Source: a candidate division WOR-3 bacterium (lineage in GTDB: Bacteria > Hydrothermota > Tepidihabitantia > Tepidihabitantales > Tepidihabitantaceae). Taken from it: 30,917 nucleotides of DNA. This document shows, in pieces, positions 28,697 through 30,917 of the stretch. Under the pieces are notes generated by a model, which was not told the origin of the DNA, made no database searches, and worked only from the letters and a program-made list of their open reading frames with translations. The position numbers were made by a program, and so were the translations under genes. The stretch covers positions 1 to 30,917 of the forward strand of contig JBBISL010000022.1 in assembly GCA_037441285.1 (NCBI GenBank), read 5' to 3'. Position 1 is the stretch's first letter; each line of letters begins with the position of its first letter.

Positions 28697-29965
28697 ATGG
28701 CGCGAGCTCAAACACTCGCTGATTTGCTTGCCGAACGACAGGTGGTTCCCAGCCCTGAGCTGGAGCATATCTTTGCTTCGATTCTTGATGACCTGGCACA
28801 TGCGCACAGTCAGGGCCGATTGCATGGGGATATCAAGCCGAAAAAGGTTGTTCAGGTTGAAGAGGGGGTGTGGCGCTTGATTGATTATGGAGTCTCCCGG
28901 GTTGGGACCGCTCGTTACATCGCGCCGGAAAAGGCGCAGCGGAAGAGTGTTGATGCCCGGGCTGACCTGTATTCACTGGGTGTAGTTCTGTACGAAGCAG
29001 CAACCGGGAAGCCGCCGTTTCAGGCAGAACTGGGTGCCGATTTGATTAAGGCGCACATTGAACAGTTGCCACCCGCACCCCGTTCGGTTCGTTCCGAAAT
29101 TTCCCCGGAACTGGAAAAGGTTATATTAAAGGCGTTAGCCAAGAAACCGGAAGAGCGGTTTCAGACTGCTCAGGAGTTTCGAGCAGCACTGTTAGCGGCT
29201 GTCCCTAAACAGCCGGAAAAGAAGCCGGTGCAAATGCCATCTGAGCAGCCACCCCGGGAGCCGGTTAAAACAGCGCCACCCCCCCGACAATCTGAACCTA
29301 AGCCTGCGGCTGCGGTACCGAAGTCGGTGATGTCAACGGCGCGGCCGGTTCCTCCGCCCAGGACAGCGCCTGTTGTTGCCCCCGCACCGATTACGACGGA
29401 GAAGCGGCGCCGTTCATCAGTGGTATGGATTGTGCCGTTGGGGCTGCTTCTTGCGGTGGCGGCGGGATGGCTACTTATCGGCGGCCAGGGTAAGCCAATT
29501 CCTGATGTTCTGGGTGCTTATCAGACAGAAGCGATTAAGAAACTGGAGGCAGCCGGGTTTCGGGTGGAACTGGGTGACAATAAAGACGATACATTTGCGC
29601 AGGGCAGCGTGGCGGAACAAACCCCTGCTGCCGGTACCAAAATGAAAAAAGGTGGCGTGGTAAAGATTAGATTGAGCACCGGAATGGTTTTGATTCCGGA
29701 TGTGTCGGGTATGACCGAAGCAACTGCACGGAATACACTGCGAAGTACAGGTCTGGATAGTGTGGTTGTGGGGCGAGATTACAGCGACGAGTATCGTAGC
29801 GGTGTGGTGATTGGAACCGAACCGCGTGCCGGGACAAAATTGAAGCCACATAGTGGAGTAAAATTGAAGGTGGCAGCCGGGCGTGCAACCTGTCCGGAAT
29901 GCGGGGCAAGACGGGAACCCGGGGCACAGTTCTGCACCCGGTGTGGTTACCGGTTTGTTGATTGA
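28697..29965 (+). CDS. PknB-like Ser/Thr kinase C-lobe (probable pseudokinase) + Pro-rich linker + TM + 2 PASTA + zinc ribbon
   Basis: HGDIKPKKV, LIDYG, GTARYIAPE, DARADLYSLGVVLYE..TGKPPF, KPEERFQTA; TM VVWIVPLGLLLAVAAGWLLI; PASTA repeats IPDVLG.. and IPDVSGM..; C-terminal CPECG..FCTRCG. Confidence 0.85.
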   Translation: MARAQTLADLLAERQVVPSPELEHIFASILDDLAHAHSQGRLHGDIKPKKVVQVEEGVWRLIDYGVSRVGTARYIAPEKAQRKSVDARADLYSLGVVLYEAATGKPPFQAELGADLIKAHIEQLPPAPRSVRSEISPELEKVILKALAKKPEERFQTAQEFRAALLAAVPKQPEKKPVQMPSEQPPREPVKTAPPPRQSEPKPAAAVPKSVMSTARPVPPPRTAPVVAPAPITTEKRRRSSVVWIVPLGLLLAVAAGWLLIGGQGKPIPDVLGAYQTEAIKKLEAAGFRVELGDNKDDTFAQGSVAEQTPAAGTKMKKGGVVKIRLSTGMVLIPDVSGMTEATARNTLRSTGLDSVVVGRDYSDEYRSGVVIGTEPRAGTKLKPHSGVKLKVAAGRATCPECGARREPGAQFCTRCGYRFVD

Positions 29966-29976
29966 AGGAGGATTGG

Positions 29977-30917
29977 ATGAGGGAGATAAGAAAAAACAGG
30001 TGGTGGCAAGTGGCTTTACTGCTAATTTTGATATGCACCATCGCCTGGGCAGAAAAGGTTTGTCCGAATTGCGGAACCGTCAACCGGGATGACGCCAAGT
30101 TCTGCAAAAAGTGCGGGGCGAAGTTACCCGAGCCAGAATACAGGCCATCGTTGCCAGCACTGCGGGTGGAGATTGATGTTACCGGTAACAGCGTCCGGAT
30201 AACCTCGCAGCCTTCAGGAGCAACGGTGAGAATCGATGATGTTGAGCGCGGCACGACCCCATTGGAACTGGAAAATTTGAGTCCGGGCAAACATACGGTT
30301 GAGGCACGTCATTCTGGATACCGGGCATATTATGGGAGTTTTAACATTACCGCCCGATTGGCAACACTGGTGATTACCTCGGACCCGGTGGGTGCTGAGA
30401 TATGGATTGATGGGGTTTACAAGGGGAAAACAACCGAGAACGGGCTGGTGGTTTCTAAGGTGCCGTTTGGGTCCCGGTCAATTTTAGCCCGTTATTCCGG
30501 TTATGAGGATGCAACAAAACTGGTCGAGGTCAACAGTCCAGGACCGATTGGTGTGCTGGTGAAGATGGGAAAGGGGCGCGGGTTTCTCAGTGTTGAAACA
30601 AAGCCGACCGGTGCTGATGTCCTTGCCAATGGCAGAAAGATTGGTGTGACCAATTTACTGATTGGGTTGGCACCGGACCGGTATGCGTTGATGTGTTCGA
30701 AACCAGGTTATGTTGACTGGTTGGGTTATGCCGAGGTGAAAGTCGGGGAAACGACATATGTTCGAGAGAGTTTGCAGCGTTTACCAAGAAGGCAGTTACC
30801 CCTGTTTATTGCTGGTGTCGCATTTCTTGCTGGTGCTGCGGCTGCCAGTATAATGGGAGAAAAAAGTTATGGACTTTACGAGCAGTCAACAAGTAAAGAA
30901 GCCGCCAACAATTACCG
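29977..30917 (+). CDS. Secreted zinc-ribbon + 3x PEGA domain protein (3'-truncated by window; absent from ORF track)
   Basis: Manual translation: AAGGAGG SD, MREIRKNRWWQVALLLILICTIAWA|EKVCPNCGTVNRDDAKFCKKCG, PEGA repeats (ITSQPSGATVRID..GTTP; ITSDPVGAEIWIDG; VETKPTGADVLANG), then hydrophobic LPLFIAGVAFLAGAAAA. No stop before the window end. Confidence 0.88.
   Translation, partial: MREIRKNRWWQVALLLILICTIAWAEKVCPNCGTVNRDDAKFCKKCGAKLPEPEYRPSLPALRVEIDVTGNSVRITSQPSGATVRIDDVERGTTPLELENLSPGKHTVEARHSGYRAYYGSFNITARLATLVITSDPVGAEIWIDGVYKGKTTENGLVVSKVPFGSRSILARYSGYEDATKLVEVNSPGPIGVLVKMGKGRGFLSVETKPTGADVLANGRKIGVTNLLIGLAPDRYALMCSKPGYVDWLGYAEVKVGETTYVRESLQRLPRRQLPLFIAGVAFLAGAAAASIMGEKSYGLYEQSTSKEAANNY

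Noticed and set aside
29667..30290. 207-aa minus-strand ORF
   Set aside because: Antisense to the PASTA and PEGA genes. 'FAPHFLQN..PQFGQ' is the typical reverse-strand reading of a zinc ribbon.

Overview
A 30.9-kb stretch of mostly housekeeping bacterial chromosome using the standard genetic code. Several traits suggest an FCB-related diderm such as candidate division WOR-3 (inference): a Bacteroidota-type SecA, the TrmD 'GRYKG' motif, a T9SS-like C-terminal domain and a DUF4175-like/TPR pair. Gene order: partial cysS, tRNA-Ile(GAT), sppA, two small membrane-anchored paralogs, secA (interrupted), a HEAT-repeat protein, a SIMPL protein, an EamA transporter, glnA-ridA-TPR-hydrogenase maturation protease, the rpsP-khpA-trmD-rplS-rnhB-yraN-comM-nucleotide-sugar dehydrogenase operon (no rimM), an Asp-box beta-propeller, rmuC, a CDF transporter, a DUF4175-like protein, a TPR protein, a truncated PASTA kinase, and a partial PEGA protein missing from the ORF track. 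I found no transposase, integrase or CRISPR array. The most notable signals are: (1) secA is cut in-frame by TAA-ATG exactly at the conserved DYLRDN motif, which is either a real split gene or an assembly error; (2) a C-lobe-only PknB-like pseudokinase with a predicted extracytoplasmic zinc ribbon sits next to a secreted zinc-ribbon/PEGA protein; (3) promoters recurrently lie 6-10 nt from start codons with no SD, suggesting leaderless or near-leaderless mRNAs; (4) SecA carries a 4-Cys insert; (5) a 22-bp motif is shared by the two long intergenic regions.
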